From: an uncultured Planctomycetaceae bacterium
Lineage (GTDB): Bacteria > Planctomycetota > Planctomycetia > Pirellulales > PALSA-1355
Reading direction: 5' to 3'
DNA length: 64,000 bases
NCBI GenBank assembly: GCA_963785305.1
Contig: CAWAUV010000008.1
Location: forward strand, 704,001 to 768,000
Shown here: in pieces, positions 20,508-31,785 of the stretch
Position numbering within the stretch: the first letter of the stretch is position 1
How the letters are laid out: each line of letters begins with the position of its first letter
The notes under the pieces: model-generated
What the model saw: only the letters and a program-made list of their open reading frames with translations
What the model was told of the DNA's origin: nothing
Database searches by the model: none
Made by a program: the position numbers and the translations under genes

Positions 20508-20891
20508 ATGATCCGTTTCCAAAAGCCGCCCGCAAGCTGGACGCGAAAGTTTGCCCATGCCGGTCGCGGCTTGCGGCGGGCGGTGCGCACTCAGAGCAGT
20601 TTCGCCGTGCATATGGCGGCAGCCGGAGCGGTCGCGATCGCGGCCGTGGCCCTGCGGGTCGACGTGGCCGAAGGTTGCTTGCTTGCCCTGTGCGTGAGCG
20701 GTGTATTCGCCGCCGAACTGTTCAACTCCGCCCTCGAACGCTTGGCCCGGGCGATCACCCGCGAACGCGATGGCAGAGTGCGCGACGCGCTCGACATGGC
20801 GAGCGCCGCCGTGCTCGCGACCGCGCTGGGCGCGGTGGCGGTCGGCGCCATCATCTTCCTGCGGCGTCTCGTGTCGCTTTTCGCTGGCTGA
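20508..20891 (+). CDS. dgkA: Diacylglycerol/undecaprenol kinase (DgkA family)
   Basis: 'KFAHAGRGL', 'ELFNSALE', 'ALDMASAAVL'. Confidence 0.88.
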   Translation: MIRFQKPPASWTRKFAHAGRGLRRAVRTQSSFAVHMAAAGAVAIAAVALRVDVAEGCLLALCVSGVFAAELFNSALERLARAITRERDGRVRDALDMASAAVLATALGAVAVGAIIFLRRLVSLFAG

Positions 20892-20914
20892 TATGTTTCG
20901 GCTGACGAGACTAC

Positions 20915-21074
20915 TGCATTGTCACAATTGAAATGACGGGTTGGATTGGTTCCGTGGCGCCATGCCCACGGCCCCGCGTGGGCATGAGGACTCCGCGTGG
21001 CGCTCGAAAACATGCCCACGCTGGGCGTGGGCATGGCACACGGGGTTACCTATCATTTCAGCCGTGACAAAGCC
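20915..21074. mobile_element. 160-bp MITE, copy 1, with CTAC target-site duplication
   Basis: Imperfect TIRs TGCATTGTCACAATTGAAATGA / TCATTTCAGCCGTGACAAAGCC. CTAC at 20911-20914 and 21075-21078. Two internal CATGCCCACG..CGTGGGCATG hairpins. Confidence 0.85.
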
Positions 21075-21265
21075 CTACATTCGCGATGGCGAGGCGGTCG
21101 GCGAGAGCATGGCGCGCGGCCTCGATGGCGCACTGTCCAGAACCGCGAAAACAGGCCAGCATCGCAAAAAAACGCCTCCGTCGACCTTGGGGGCCGCGGG
21201 TTCAAGTCGGCGCGCATCGCCATCGAGCGAGCTTTGCCCACACGCGGTCTTCGATCATGGCGGCG

Positions 21266-21292
21266 CGGCCTGTTGAATATTTCAACAGGTTC
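21266..21292. repeat. 27-bp palindrome family, copy 1
   Basis: cggcctgttgaatatttcaacaggttc followed by CTAG (stop codon of the DUF3467 gene). Confidence 0.75.
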
Positions 21293-21646
21293 CTAGCGGG
21301 CGCCTGGGCGGACGCGTTTTTGCACGTCGGTTTCCAGCACTCCAAATGCCGCTTCGTGCCGCTGGAGCGACATTTGCAATGCGCCCAAGAGCCGCTTGGC
21401 CGTGAAGTAATTCACCACGATTCGCTCCGAAATCTCGATCGGCTCGGTCGGCACTCCGACCAGTTGCGAGTTCAGGCCGAAATCGATGATCAGTTCTTCG
21501 GGAGTGCCGGTCACGCGGCAGAAGTTCGCATAGGCCGCATGCGTTTTGCTGGTGTCGACCGCCACTTGCTGACGCTGGCCGGCTTCGGCCGCCGGCGGGG
21601 CTGGGGCGGGCGCGGCGCCGGGTTCCGCGTTTTCTGTCTTCGCCAT
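21293..21646 (-). CDS. DUF3467 family protein
   Basis: 'YANFCRVTGTPEELIIDFGLN...TAKRLL.AL..S..RHE..FG'. GAGGAG RBS. Confidence 0.88.
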   Translation of the reverse strand: MAKTENAEPGAAPAPAPPAAEAGQRQQVAVDTSKTHAAYANFCRVTGTPEELIIDFGLNSQLVGVPTEPIEISERIVVNYFTAKRLLGALQMSLQRHEAAFGVLETDVQKRVRPGAR

Positions 21647-21953
21647 GAGAATCCTCCTCGCACGAATTGGGGTGAAAACGGACGTTGTTCGGTAGCATGC
21701 GAACGCGTTTTCGGGAGCCGGTCCGAAGGCGCCGTCAGCCCTAAATCGAGCGTCTTGGGGAAGCCACCCTGCCCTCACCCATCGGGGGAGAGGGGGAGTT
21801 GGTCGGATCGGCCCGGAAGGTCGTCGACGCGTTGCCGCATAACACGAGCGTAATGAATTGTGACTTACCCACGGAAGATCGGCCAGCCCAAACCGCGCGA
21901 AAGCCGGGCTTCACGGCGTGCCGAGGGAGCGAGTTTCACCGATCAATTGTTAG

Positions 21954-21981
21954 CAGTCTGTTGGAAATTTCCAACAGGCTG
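21954..21981. repeat. Palindrome family, copy 2 (28 bp)
   Basis: ttag-cagtctgttggaaatttccaacaggctg-ctag. Confidence 0.8.
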
Positions 21982-22433
21982 CTAGGGCCCCTGCTCGGCG
22001 CGGCGACGAAGAAAGTAGCGTTGCGCTCGGCGACGCAACATTGCCCGCTCGGAGCGAGCCGCCGGCAATCGGCCGCCGGCGATTTGGCTTTCTCGAGCAG
22101 CTCGCGAATCCGGCGCACTCCGCCCTCGCGCAGATCGTCGTCGACATCATCGCGAGTGAAGCCGAAACAGGCGCAGAGCGGGGCGTCGGCGTCTTTGGGC
22201 CACACCGGCGTCGCCACGTCGCTCCGCGGCACGGTGCGCCCGACTTCATCGAAATAAATCACCTCGCAACGCGCGAAGGGACAATAGGCCGCCGGCTCGC
22301 TCAGCGCCACCGCTTCCGGCGACCGCACATGCAGTCGCCAAACCGCTTCCGAAACCGATATGCCGAGCGAGCCGCAGGCAGGGCACTGCCGCTGGCCGCT
22401 GTCGTCGGGTTCGCGCACAAAGGCTTTGTTCAT
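21982..22433 (-). CDS. CopZ-N-terminal-like Zn/[2Fe-2S] Cys-rich protein; frameshift at C-terminus
   Basis: CPACG, 'YCPFARCEVIYF', 'LCACFG', 'C..LAPSGQCC'. Confidence 0.75.
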
Positions 22434-22614
22434 GGTGGATCTCGCCCCCGACACGCGCGGGACCGGACCCCGCGATTCGCCTGATTTGACGCTGACGTTA
22501 CGCCCATTTAGGATAACAGAAGTCGCTGCTCCGAGGCGCCCAAGGCAATGGCCGTTTGCCCGCGCGGCTCCGCTCTTTCTTCCGTCAATCCTTCCGACCA
22601 TTCAGGACCCGTCC

Positions 22615-23729
22615 ATGAGTTTGCTCGCCGCGGAGTTCGACCGGCTTGTCGCGTTTGGCGATTGCCGAGTCGCGCGAACACAAACGTTGTCCGTGGCGAG
22701 CGGGGTCGCCAGATCGAGACGCTCGCGAGGCGGCCAGGTCTCTTGTGGGTTTTCTTTACGGTTCGCTTGTCGTGCGATCGGCTTGGCGATTGCAATTGCG
22801 CTTCCGCCGGCGCGGTGGCCCACGCCGCCGCCGACGATGAAGAGGAAGACCCGACCAAGCCGCAAGATATCAGCCTGAAGACGGGCGATGGTCTCGACCT
22901 GAAGGCCACCTACTATCCTTCGCTGCTGAAGAAAAAGAAAAATGCCGTGCCGCTCATTTTGCTGCATGCCTGGAAGGGTGATCGCGGCGACTGCGAGCCG
23001 CTAGCGCTGTATCTGCGATCGCTCGGCCATGCCGTGGTGACTCCCGACTTGCGCGGTCATGGCCAAAGCAAGGAGATTACTCGGCCCGACGGCAGCAAGA
23101 CCACTCTCGCGGCCAACTCGATGCGCCGCGCCGACTTTATCGCCATGTGGTCTCCGCAGATCGACGGCGAGAGTCTCGGCGGCGACATGGAGGCCATCAA
23201 GACCTTTCTGCTCAAGAAGAACAATGCCGGCGAATTGAATATCGAGCGGCTTGGAGTGGTCGGCGCCGAAATGGGCGCGACCGTGGCCGTGAATTGGGCC
23301 GCCGTCGATTGGGCGTGGCCGATGCTCACCACCGGCAAGCAAGGCCAGGATGTGAAAGCCCTGGTGCTGATTTCGCCCGAAATGAACTTCAAGGGCCTGG
23401 GCCTCGCCGCTCCCCTGACCGAAACCGATATCGGCGCGAAGCTGTCGTATTTTATCGTGGTGGGCGGCGCCAAGGGGCGATCGTCGAAACTCGTGCAAGA
23501 GGCCAAGAATCTGAACCTCCTGCTCCAGCCCATGCACCCCGATCCGCCGTCGGACGAAGTGGCCGAGAAGAAGTCGCTCTTCTTCAAGACAATCGACACG
23601 AATCTCCAGGGCACGAAGTTGCTCAACGAGAAGTCGTTCAAGCTCGACGCTCAAATCGGCAAGTTCATCGAACTGCGACTGGTTAATCCAGACTACGAAT
23701 GGGCCGACCGCCGGAACCCGCTCAAGTGA
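22615..23729 (+). CDS. Exported alpha/beta-hydrolase-fold protein; N-terminus probably frameshifted
   Basis: 'LILLHAW', 'PDLRGHG', nucleophile-elbow position 'GAEMGA'. Start uncertain. Confidence 0.8.
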
Positions 23730-23738
23730 TCGCGTCGC

Positions 23739-24392
23739 TCAATGCGCCGGGCGCCAAGCGTCGGGGGGAATTGGCACGAGCTTCGCCTCGCTCGCGGCGG
23801 GCGACGCCGCTGGAGCCCGCGGCGGAATCTTGAGCGTCATGCCGATCGGGAGCAGATCGGGCCGCTTGAGCACATCGCGATTCGCCGCGAAGATCTCGAG
23901 GTATCGCTCGGCGCTCCCCAGATAGTCGGCCGCTAGCTTGCTGAGCGTGTCGCCATCGACCACTCGGTGCGTCCGCGGCTCGGCCTCGCCCGTGGGCTCG
24001 TCGCTGGCCGCATGCAGTTCGAGGGCCCGCGGCATCTCGGCGTTTCGCGGCGCCGGCGTGGCCGAATCGGTTTCCAGGGGTTGCAAGAGCGCGCCCACCG
24101 GGCTCATCGAGCGTTCGATAATCCGCGGCATCACCGCGACCTCGACCGCCGAGGACCGCGTCGCCGCGACCGGCGGCCGAAACGATGTGTCGGACTCCGT
24201 GGCCAAGCGATAAGGAACCTGCCGCCGCGGAGCCGGCGCTGAATCATCGGCCACGCGACGCACGATTGGATTCGCGGTCGCATCGCCAAACTCGACGTCG
24301 CGCTCGCCGGCCGGCTTGCGAAACACGATCGCCGCCAAGAGCCCCATGGCAACCAGCGGAGCGATGAGAGCCAATTTTTTGCCGGCCGACAT
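23739..24392 (-). CDS. LysM domain membrane-anchored protein
   Basis: 'HRVVDGDTLSKLA..YLG..RYLEIFAAN...L.IG..LKIP' plus an N-terminal TM segment. Confidence 0.85.
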   Translation of the reverse strand: MSAGKKLALIAPLVAMGLLAAIVFRKPAGERDVEFGDATANPIVRRVADDSAPAPRRQVPYRLATESDTSFRPPVAATRSSAVEVAVMPRIIERSMSPVGALLQPLETDSATPAPRNAEMPRALELHAASDEPTGEAEPRTHRVVDGDTLSKLAADYLGSAERYLEIFAANRDVLKRPDLLPIGMTLKIPPRAPAASPAASEAKLVPIPPDAWRPAH

Positions 24393-24618
24393 GGGAACTG
24401 CTCGCGGCGTTCCTCGAAGCACCTCGGCGCCGCGACATCGCGGAACCATGCGGTTCCTAATCATCGACATCCTGGTGGCGCGACTTGAAGAAAACCGCTG
24501 CGGAAAAATTCCGCGATGTTTCCTCAAGCGCGAGATTGGCTCGCGCGCCTGCGGATGAGCGTGCAAGTTGATCGCCATGAAGCATCGCCGTGGCGTTCCA
24601 CGCTGACTGTGCATGCAG

Positions 24619-24956
24619 CTACGCAAGCTTCAGAATGCCCATGCGGCCGAGCGCATCGATCACGCTGCCCAGGGCGCCGGTCAGGGCCGGGTGCGAGTCT
24701 TCGAAGTCGCGGGCCGCGGCAGTCAAGCGGGACCCGAGACCGGTTTCGGCGGCGCGCACGGCGGAGCGTGAGGAAAGAGTGGTTGCGGCGAAAATGGCTC
24801 CGAGGGCGGCGCCTGCGGGGAGAGCGCGGTCTCGATATCGGCAAGCGTCGCTCGAAGCCGGGCCACGGCCGCGGCGTCGGAAGGCGGTAGTTCATCCAAC
24901 TGCTGGCGAAGCGCCTCGAGCGAATTGTGCAAGCGGAGAGAGTCGGGCACGGTCAT
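24619..24956 (-). CDS. DUF4404 family protein (one frameshift)
   Basis: N-terminus 'SLEALRQQLDEL...LADIETAL'. C-terminus 'RDFEDSHPALTGALGSVIDALGRMGI' lies in a shifted frame. Confidence 0.7.
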
Positions 24957-25130
24957 GAGGGTCGCTTCCTTGAGGATTTTTAATCTGGCCCGCGTCGAGG
25001 GCGATTCGCCTGCCGGGTTTACCGACGTTGGCCGACGCCTGCCGACGCCCAGGCGGCGCCTCGGATATTTTATGCGTTCGTCGGCCGGAATCATCTGTCG
25101 GACGGCCAGCTCCGGGGGCCGCCGGGGCCG

Positions 25131-25159
25131 TTGCGAGCTGGCAGTTGCGCCAGTATAAT
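25131..25159 (+). promoter_or_regulatory. Sigma70-type promoter of gap
   Basis: TTGCGA-17 bp-TATAAT. Confidence 0.6.
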
Positions 25160-25181
25160 TCCCGGCCAACATACGCACTAG

Positions 25182-26321
<1,140 letters not shown>

Positions 26322-26380
26322 GCAAGCCGCCGTGTAAGCCAGAGGCCGAGCAAACCGGCCACGCCAAAAGCACGACCCAA

Positions 26381-26421
26381 CGTAAAAACGCCCTCGAAGC
26401 AATTCGAGGGCGTTTTTTACG
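26381..26421. terminator. Bidirectional intrinsic terminator (gap/lemA)
   Basis: AAAAACGCCCTCGAA-gcaa-TTCGAGGGCGTTTTTT. Confidence 0.85.
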
Positions 26422-26449
26422 CGCTATTTTGGCCGGCGAAAGTAGGCTG

Positions 26450-27112
26450 CTAGGGGGCCGTGTCCGGCGCGGCCGTGGCTTTTTCAGGCGCTGTGTCGAC
26501 TTTTTCCGGCGCCGCTTCGGGCTTGTCGGAGAAGTCGACTTTGGGGTTGGCCTTGGCTTCGTCTTCGACTTTGAAATACTCCGCCTCGCGTACTCCGGCC
26601 CAGTGGGCGAAGAAGCTGCCGGGAAAGGGGCGAATAAACACGTTGAGCTGCTTCACCGCGTCGTTGTATTTGTTGCGCTCGACGCTCAGTCGATTCTCGG
26701 TGCCCTCGATCGAGTCTTGCAGCTTGAGAAACGCTTCGGTCGAACGAAGCTGGGGGTAATTCTCCGCCACGAGCAGCAGCCGGGCCAACGCGCCTTCCAT
26801 TTGACCGGCCGCTTGAGCTTTCTCGTTCACGGTGCGGGCGCCGCCATACGATTCGCGGGCCTTGGCGATGCCGAGAAACACCTTTTGTTCTTGCAGACCG
26901 AGGCCCTTGGCCGTGGCCACGAGATTCGGAATCAGATCATAGCGGCGCTGGAGCTGGACTTCGACATTCGACCATTGGCTATGCACCGCTTCGTCGAGCG
27001 CGATCGCTTGGCGATAGCCTTGATATCCCCAGATCGCGAGCCCGCCAACCACCACGCCGAGCATCAAAAGCACCGCCAAGCATCCGGCGATCCCAAACCA
27101 AAATGTTTTCAT
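26450..27112 (-). CDS. lemA: LemA family protein
   Basis: 'WSNVEVQLQRRYDLIPNLV', 'ENYPQL', 'IEGTENRL'. Confidence 0.95.
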   Translation of the reverse strand: MKTFWFGIAGCLAVLLMLGVVVGGLAIWGYQGYRQAIALDEAVHSQWSNVEVQLQRRYDLIPNLVATAKGLGLQEQKVFLGIAKARESYGGARTVNEKAQAAGQMEGALARLLLVAENYPQLRSTEAFLKLQDSIEGTENRLSVERNKYNDAVKQLNVFIRPFPGSFFAHWAGVREAEYFKVEDEAKANPKVDFSDKPEAAPEKVDTAPEKATAAPDTAP

Positions 27113-27240
27113 GGAACCCTTGTTCGCGAAATAAAATGTGCCGCGGTAATATCGCATGGTACCGCCGCGCTCATGGCGCCGGTAAAACTCGCGACATGGA
27201 ATTGTAGATCGTGCGTCGCCGAGCGCCTACCAACAAGCGC

Positions 27241-28146
27241 CTACCAACTCGCGCTTGCTCCGCCGCCGCCCGAGTCGCCGCCCCCGCCAAACGATCCGCC
27301 CGCATCGCCGCCGCCCCAACCGCCGCCGCTACTCCAGCCGCCCCCGCCGCCACTCCACCCGCCGCCGCGACCACTACTGAAAAACGAGCCTCCCGGGTCA
27401 CGCGAAATCCAACCGCGCCGCAGGCCAAGGGCGACGAGCCCGAACACCACGAGCAAAATCACGACCAGCACCAGCGGGCTCACGGTCGTGACCTGTTCGA
27501 ACGGCGCGACCGACCGGGGAAGAGTGTTGGCGATGGTCTTGCCATCTTCGGCGGCCACTTTCCGCACGACCGCGACCACCAGCTCCCGGCAGCCCTCGGC
27601 ATAGGCCCCGCGGCGGAAATAATCGGACGCAACGCGCCGGATGAGCGTGCCGCACCAACTGTCGGGCAAGGCGCCTTCGAGCCCATAGCCGGTGTGGATG
27701 CGAACTTTGTGGTCCTTGATCGCCAGCACGATCAAGGCGCCGTTCTTCTCCTTCTTCAAACCAAGCTTCCAAGCGACATACGTTCGCTGCGAGAATTCAA
27801 AGAGGTCATCGCCTTCGAGCGAACGCACAATGAGCAGCTTGACTTGAGCGGTGGTCTCGATTTCGAGTTGCTTGAGCCAGCCTTCGAGCTCTCGGGCCGT
27901 GGCGCCGTCGAGCACATTGGCCGTGTCGACCACGAACGTGCCGGGATCCTTAATCGTCAGTTCCGCCGCGGCGGGTCGCGCGGCGGTGAGCGCCAGCGCG
28001 GCGATAATCGCGAGCGAGGCTTTGAGCCACGCATTGAGCGAGACATTGAGCGCGGGGATCGGAAGGCACGCGACATCCGATTCGCCCGATCTCGAGCCGT
28101 CGATCCACCGGCTCGCGTCGATCTTTTCGGCCCGGCTACAATGCAT
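27241..28146 (-). CDS. TPM domain protein with Gly-rich tail
   Basis: 'WKLG..EKNGALIV...RIHTGYGLEGALPD', 'FGGGGDSGGGGASASW'. Confidence 0.92.
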   Translation of the reverse strand: MHCSRAEKIDASRWIDGSRSGESDVACLPIPALNVSLNAWLKASLAIIAALALTAARPAAAELTIKDPGTFVVDTANVLDGATARELEGWLKQLEIETTAQVKLLIVRSLEGDDLFEFSQRTYVAWKLGLKKEKNGALIVLAIKDHKVRIHTGYGLEGALPDSWCGTLIRRVASDYFRRGAYAEGCRELVVAVVRKVAAEDGKTIANTLPRSVAPFEQVTTVSPLVLVVILLVVFGLVALGLRRGWISRDPGGSFFSSGRGGGWSGGGGGWSSGGGWGGGDAGGSFGGGGDSGGGGASASW

Positions 28147-28936
28147 CGGCGAATTGTTCCAGTGCTTCGAGGTCGGCATGCAGGCGGCGGAACTTGCTCC
28201 AGTGGGCCGTGTCGGCGCGGTCGAGCGCCCCGGTGACCCCACGCAGCTCGATGCCAAGCTCTTTCTCGATCGCGTCCACGAGGGCGAACATCGTCGCTGG
28301 GCGAGGCGTGTTGGTGAGCCAAGCGAGGCCATGCAGCACCCGGGCGAGCGATAAGCCGAGATCCTGATTCAGTTCTCCCAAACGCTCGTCGGTTCCGCCC
28401 GAGGTTAAGAGACCGCCATGCATCGCCATGCGCAAGACTTTGAGTTCGCGCTCGCAGGCGAGCCGCACATGTTCGCGCTCGAAGGTGAGTGACGCGAAAA
28501 AATCATCGCCCAAGACGAGAATCCGTCGCCACTGGATTTCGAGCAGCTCGAGCGGAAAGGTGTCGCGCGAGCGTTCGATGGCGTGGCGAGTGAGCACCAC
28601 CGGGGCCGCAAGGCCAAGCCGGCCGAACTTGGGCCCTTCGGTCGCGAGCAACCGCAGTCCCTCGAGCTGGGAATCGCCAAGCCAGACGCCCCCAAGCCGA
28701 GATTCGTTGGGCCGATTATTGCCCAGCCCGACGCCGCCATGCCGGGCGCTCTCGAGCACCAGCGCACTGCGTAGGCGAATGCTCGGGTCGAGCAAGTCGA
28801 GCGCCGCGCCATGCACGACGAGGCCGAGCGCATCGGCGCCGAAGCAGTCGCGCACTCGCGCGGCAAGCCGCTCGACCGGCTCGCGCCAGGCGCCGGGCAG
28901 GCGAACGATCGAAGCGGTTTCGCTGGAGTGTTGCAC
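28136..28936 (-). CDS. Hypothetical nucleotidyltransferase-like protein linked to TPM/LemA
   Basis: 'GLVVHGAA', 'SRDTFPLELLEI...GDD.F..L', 'RLACERELK'. Overlaps the start of the TPM gene. Confidence 0.65.
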   Translation of the reverse strand: MQHSSETASIVRLPGAWREPVERLAARVRDCFGADALGLVVHGAALDLLDPSIRLRSALVLESARHGGVGLGNNRPNESRLGGVWLGDSQLEGLRLLATEGPKFGRLGLAAPVVLTRHAIERSRDTFPLELLEIQWRRILVLGDDFFASLTFEREHVRLACERELKVLRMAMHGGLLTSGGTDERLGELNQDLGLSLARVLHGLAWLTNTPRPATMFALVDAIEKELGIELRGVTGALDRADTAHWSKFRRLHADLEALEQFADAL

Positions 28937-29035
28937 GGGCTAGCCGTTGAACCATTTGGAGGCCGACGATGAAGCTATCGATCGCCGGCGTGGGCCGGTC
29001 CTTCGATAATAGTCGTCGCGGCGGGCCGGTCCTAG

Positions 29036-29062
29036 CGGTCTGTTGAAATATTCAACAGGCCG
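29036..29062. repeat. Palindrome family, copy 3, with CTAG on both sides
   Basis: ctag-cggtctgttgaaatattcaacaggccg-ctag, followed by (GTGGAAATA)x3 running into a half copy. Confidence 0.85.
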
Positions 29063-29249
29063 CTAGCCGCGCGTGGAAATAGTGGAAATAGTGGAAATAT
29101 TCAACAGGCGGCGAAACGGCTTCGGTCATTGGGAAATGCGCCGGCTGCGCGCGAATCGGATCGGGTTCGCGAGTCCGATTGACGGTCGTCGCGGGCCGGG
29201 CGAGAATCAGGGCGCGTTGTTTACAAATGCCTTTCAGGCGTCGCGCCGC

Positions 29250-30042
29250 ATGATCTTCGATTGGTTGCGCAACCGGCGTCGGCGGCGATTGCTCGCCGAG
29301 CCGTTTCCCGACGCCTGGCCGCGAGTGCTCGATCGCAATGTCAAGCACTATGCCTTTCTCTCGCCCGACGAGCAGCGCCGGCTCTGCGATCTCGTGCGCG
29401 TCTTCGTGGCCGAGCGCCACTGGGAAGGCTGCGCCGGCTTCGAAGTGACCGACGAGGTAAAAGTCACCATCGCGGCCCATGCCTGCATGATGCTCTTGGG
29501 CATGGAGCACGATTATTTTTCGAGTGTCTCATCGATCTTGGTTTATAAGACCGATTTCCAAGTGCCCCAACATCGCGCGCACAGGCTCGCTCGTGGTCGA
29601 CGAAGACGTGAGCCTCTCGGGCCAAGCCGTGTATCACGGGCCGGTCGTGCTGGCGTGGCGCGATGCGAGGCTCGCGGGGCGGCGGCCATTTTCGGGCGTC
29701 AACGTGGTGTGGCACGAGTTTGCCCATCAGCTCGACATGCTCGACGGCGAAATCGACGGGGCGCCGCTCTTGGAATCGCGCGAGCAAAGCGACCGATGGC
29801 GCACGGTGATGACAGCCGAATTCAAGCGGCTGATTTCCGAGAGCGAAGCCGGGGTCGATACCCTGCTCGACGACTACGGCGCCACGAACGAAGCCGAATT
29901 CTTCGCCGTGGCGACCGAAGCCTTCTTCGATGTGCCGGGCCTCTTGGAAGACGAGCATCCGGAGCTATACGCGCTCTTTGCCGACTACTTCAAACAAGAC
30001 CCCGCCCGGCGAATCCCGCGAGAAGCGTATTTCGACGACTGA
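29250..30042 (+). CDS. mtfA: Zinc-dependent peptidase M90 / MtfA family (one frameshift)
   Basis: 'NVVWHEFAHQLD', 'YGATNEAEFFAVATEAFF'. Confidence 0.9.
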
Positions 30043-30107
30043 GCACTCTTTCGTCTCTCGCGCCGAGATCGCGTTGCCAAACGGCGAAGTCACGCATCGA
30101 GGGGCGG

Positions 30108-30575
30108 TCACTGCTCGGTCGCGGCGGCGCCGCATGCGCCTTGCTCGGTCGCCCAGCGGCGGAATTCGGGTTCTTCGAGAAATATTCCGGTGGCGGTGTC
30201 CTGGATCAGCACTCGCTGCTCGGGCCAGCCGAAGGCGCGAAGGAGGTCGTCGAAGCGCTCGGTGGGGCAAGCGCCGCGAAGATCGACATGTTGCAGGCGG
30301 CCTTGACGATCGTAAAGCTCGCCTTCGACTTGCCAGCCGGGAGTCGCAGCGCACGGCTTCCATAGAAATGCGCCGTCGGGTTCGGTAAACATGCCATCGA
30401 GCCGATCGAGCGCCGCGATCGCATCTTCAAAACGCGCGCTGAACTGAGTCGCCGCGTGGGCCGGAGTCCAGGCATGGGTCGCGTAGGTTTCGCCGCGCAG
30501 CTTCACGGCGGGACCCAGCGAACCGGCGCTGGGCGGCCGAGCATGCAACGTGGCATGAAAGACAAGCACGGGCAA
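30108..30575 (-). CDS. Hypothetical protein
   Basis: ORF directly after cutA, with 'FTEPDGAF.W', 'LFDR/LYDR'-type and 'AFGWP' segments. Confidence 0.6.
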   Translation of the reverse strand: MPVLVFHATLHARPPSAGSLGPAVKLRGETYATHAWTPAHAATQFSARFEDAIAALDRLDGMFTEPDGAFLWKPCAATPGWQVEGELYDRQGRLQHVDLRGACPTERFDDLLRAFGWPEQRVLIQDTATGIFLEEPEFRRWATEQGACGAAATEQ

Positions 30576-30579
30576 AGCC

Positions 30580-30942
30580 TCACGCCGGCGCGTCCGTCGT
30601 TTCGTTTTTCGCGGCGGGCGCGGGCTCGACACTCTCGCGCAGCCATTTCAAATAATCCGCGAAGCCGTCCACGATCGGCACGGCGATGATTTCGGGAGTG
30701 CGGTAGGTGTGCAATTCGCGGATAGTCGCTTCCACCGCCGTGTAGCGCTCCGGCGTCGTCTTGGCGGCGCAGACCCATTCCTCGCGCGAAATCTCCATGC
30801 GCTCTTGCCAACGGTAGGTGCTTTCGGCCGGGCCGGTGATCTGCACGCAGCCGGCTTGGCGTCGTTCGACGAGCTCATAGGCGATGCGTTCGGCCAGATC
30901 GCGGCTGGCCGTGGTGGTGATTACAAGCATTGCGTCGGGCAT
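30580..30942 (-). CDS. cutA: Divalent-cation tolerance protein CutA
   Basis: 'ELVERRQAGCVQ', 'STYRW', 'HTYRTPEIIA', 'YLKWL'. Confidence 0.93.
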   Translation of the reverse strand: MPDAMLVITTTASRDLAERIAYELVERRQAGCVQITGPAESTYRWQERMEISREEWVCAAKTTPERYTAVEATIRELHTYRTPEIIAVPIVDGFADYLKWLRESVEPAPAAKNETTDAPA

Positions 30943-31682
30943 GCCGAGCCTCCTCGCTGTGTCGCTGGGGAATGTTTGGTCGTGCTCGCGGCGATTATTC
31001 CGCGGCCAAGCTCAATGTCGTGGACAACTTCATAAACGTAAACCGTGAGCGACACCTTTCCCTCGGTCGTGTGAAATGCTTCCACGCGGCGCATCGCGAG
31101 ACCGTGGGACGCGCAGGCCTCCTGAAACCGATGCGCCGGGCGCCGCCCCGGATCGCTCACCAGCGCCACGCCGTCGGCCTTGAGCGACCGCCGAATCACG
31201 TTGGCCACGAGGGCGGCGTTCGGCCGTTCGTAGAGCACATCCGAGGCGAGAATCATATCGAACTGGCCCAGGTCGTCTGGCAACTGGCGCCAATCGATCA
31301 TGCGCGCGGCGACCGTCGAAAGGCCATGGCGTTCGGCGTTGTGGGCCGTGAACTCGAGAGCTTCGGTGAAGTAATCGGTCGCCGTGACTTGAAAGCCGGC
31401 CTCGGCCGCCGTCAGCGAAAGAAGTCCCACGCCGCAGCCAAGCTCGAGCAGGCGGCGGCCCTTGCCTGGAATCGCCGCCACCCGATCGGCCAACACCCGG
31501 GCGCTGGGCCACAATTCCGCCCAGTAGGGTAAGCGTTCGTCGCGGTCGAAGTCTTCCTCGCGGATCAGGTCTTCCGACGATTCAGGCCGGCGAAGTTCCC
31601 AGCGTTGCCCGGCGACGACAACGACCGTGTCGACGACTTTGAAACGAGATTCGAGTTCCGCGAGCGACGGGGCGGCGGGCAA
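30921..31682 (-). CDS. SAM-dependent methyltransferase (Methyltransf_16-like)
   Basis: 'PYWAELWPSA', 'LLELGCGVG', 'ASDVLYE'. Confidence 0.88.
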   Translation of the reverse strand: MPAAPSLAELESRFKVVDTVVVVAGQRWELRRPESSEDLIREEDFDRDERLPYWAELWPSARVLADRVAAIPGKGRRLLELGCGVGLLSLTAAEAGFQVTATDYFTEALEFTAHNAERHGLSTVAARMIDWRQLPDDLGQFDMILASDVLYERPNAALVANVIRRSLKADGVALVSDPGRRPAHRFQEACASHGLAMRRVEAFHTTEGKVSLTVYVYEVVHDIELGRGIIAASTTKHSPATQRGGSACPTQCL

Positions 31683-31785
31683 TGGCGCCGCGTTCGACGT
31701 GGTTTCTGGCTTGGGGGTTATGATTGCACGCGTCCTTAAATGCCCGGCGACTCTCCTCGAGTGGCCCGCGAAACACGAGACATCG

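Noticed and set aside
21771..21797. CCCTCACCC...GGGAGAGGG REP-like motif
   Set aside because: Single degenerate copy, not enough to call.
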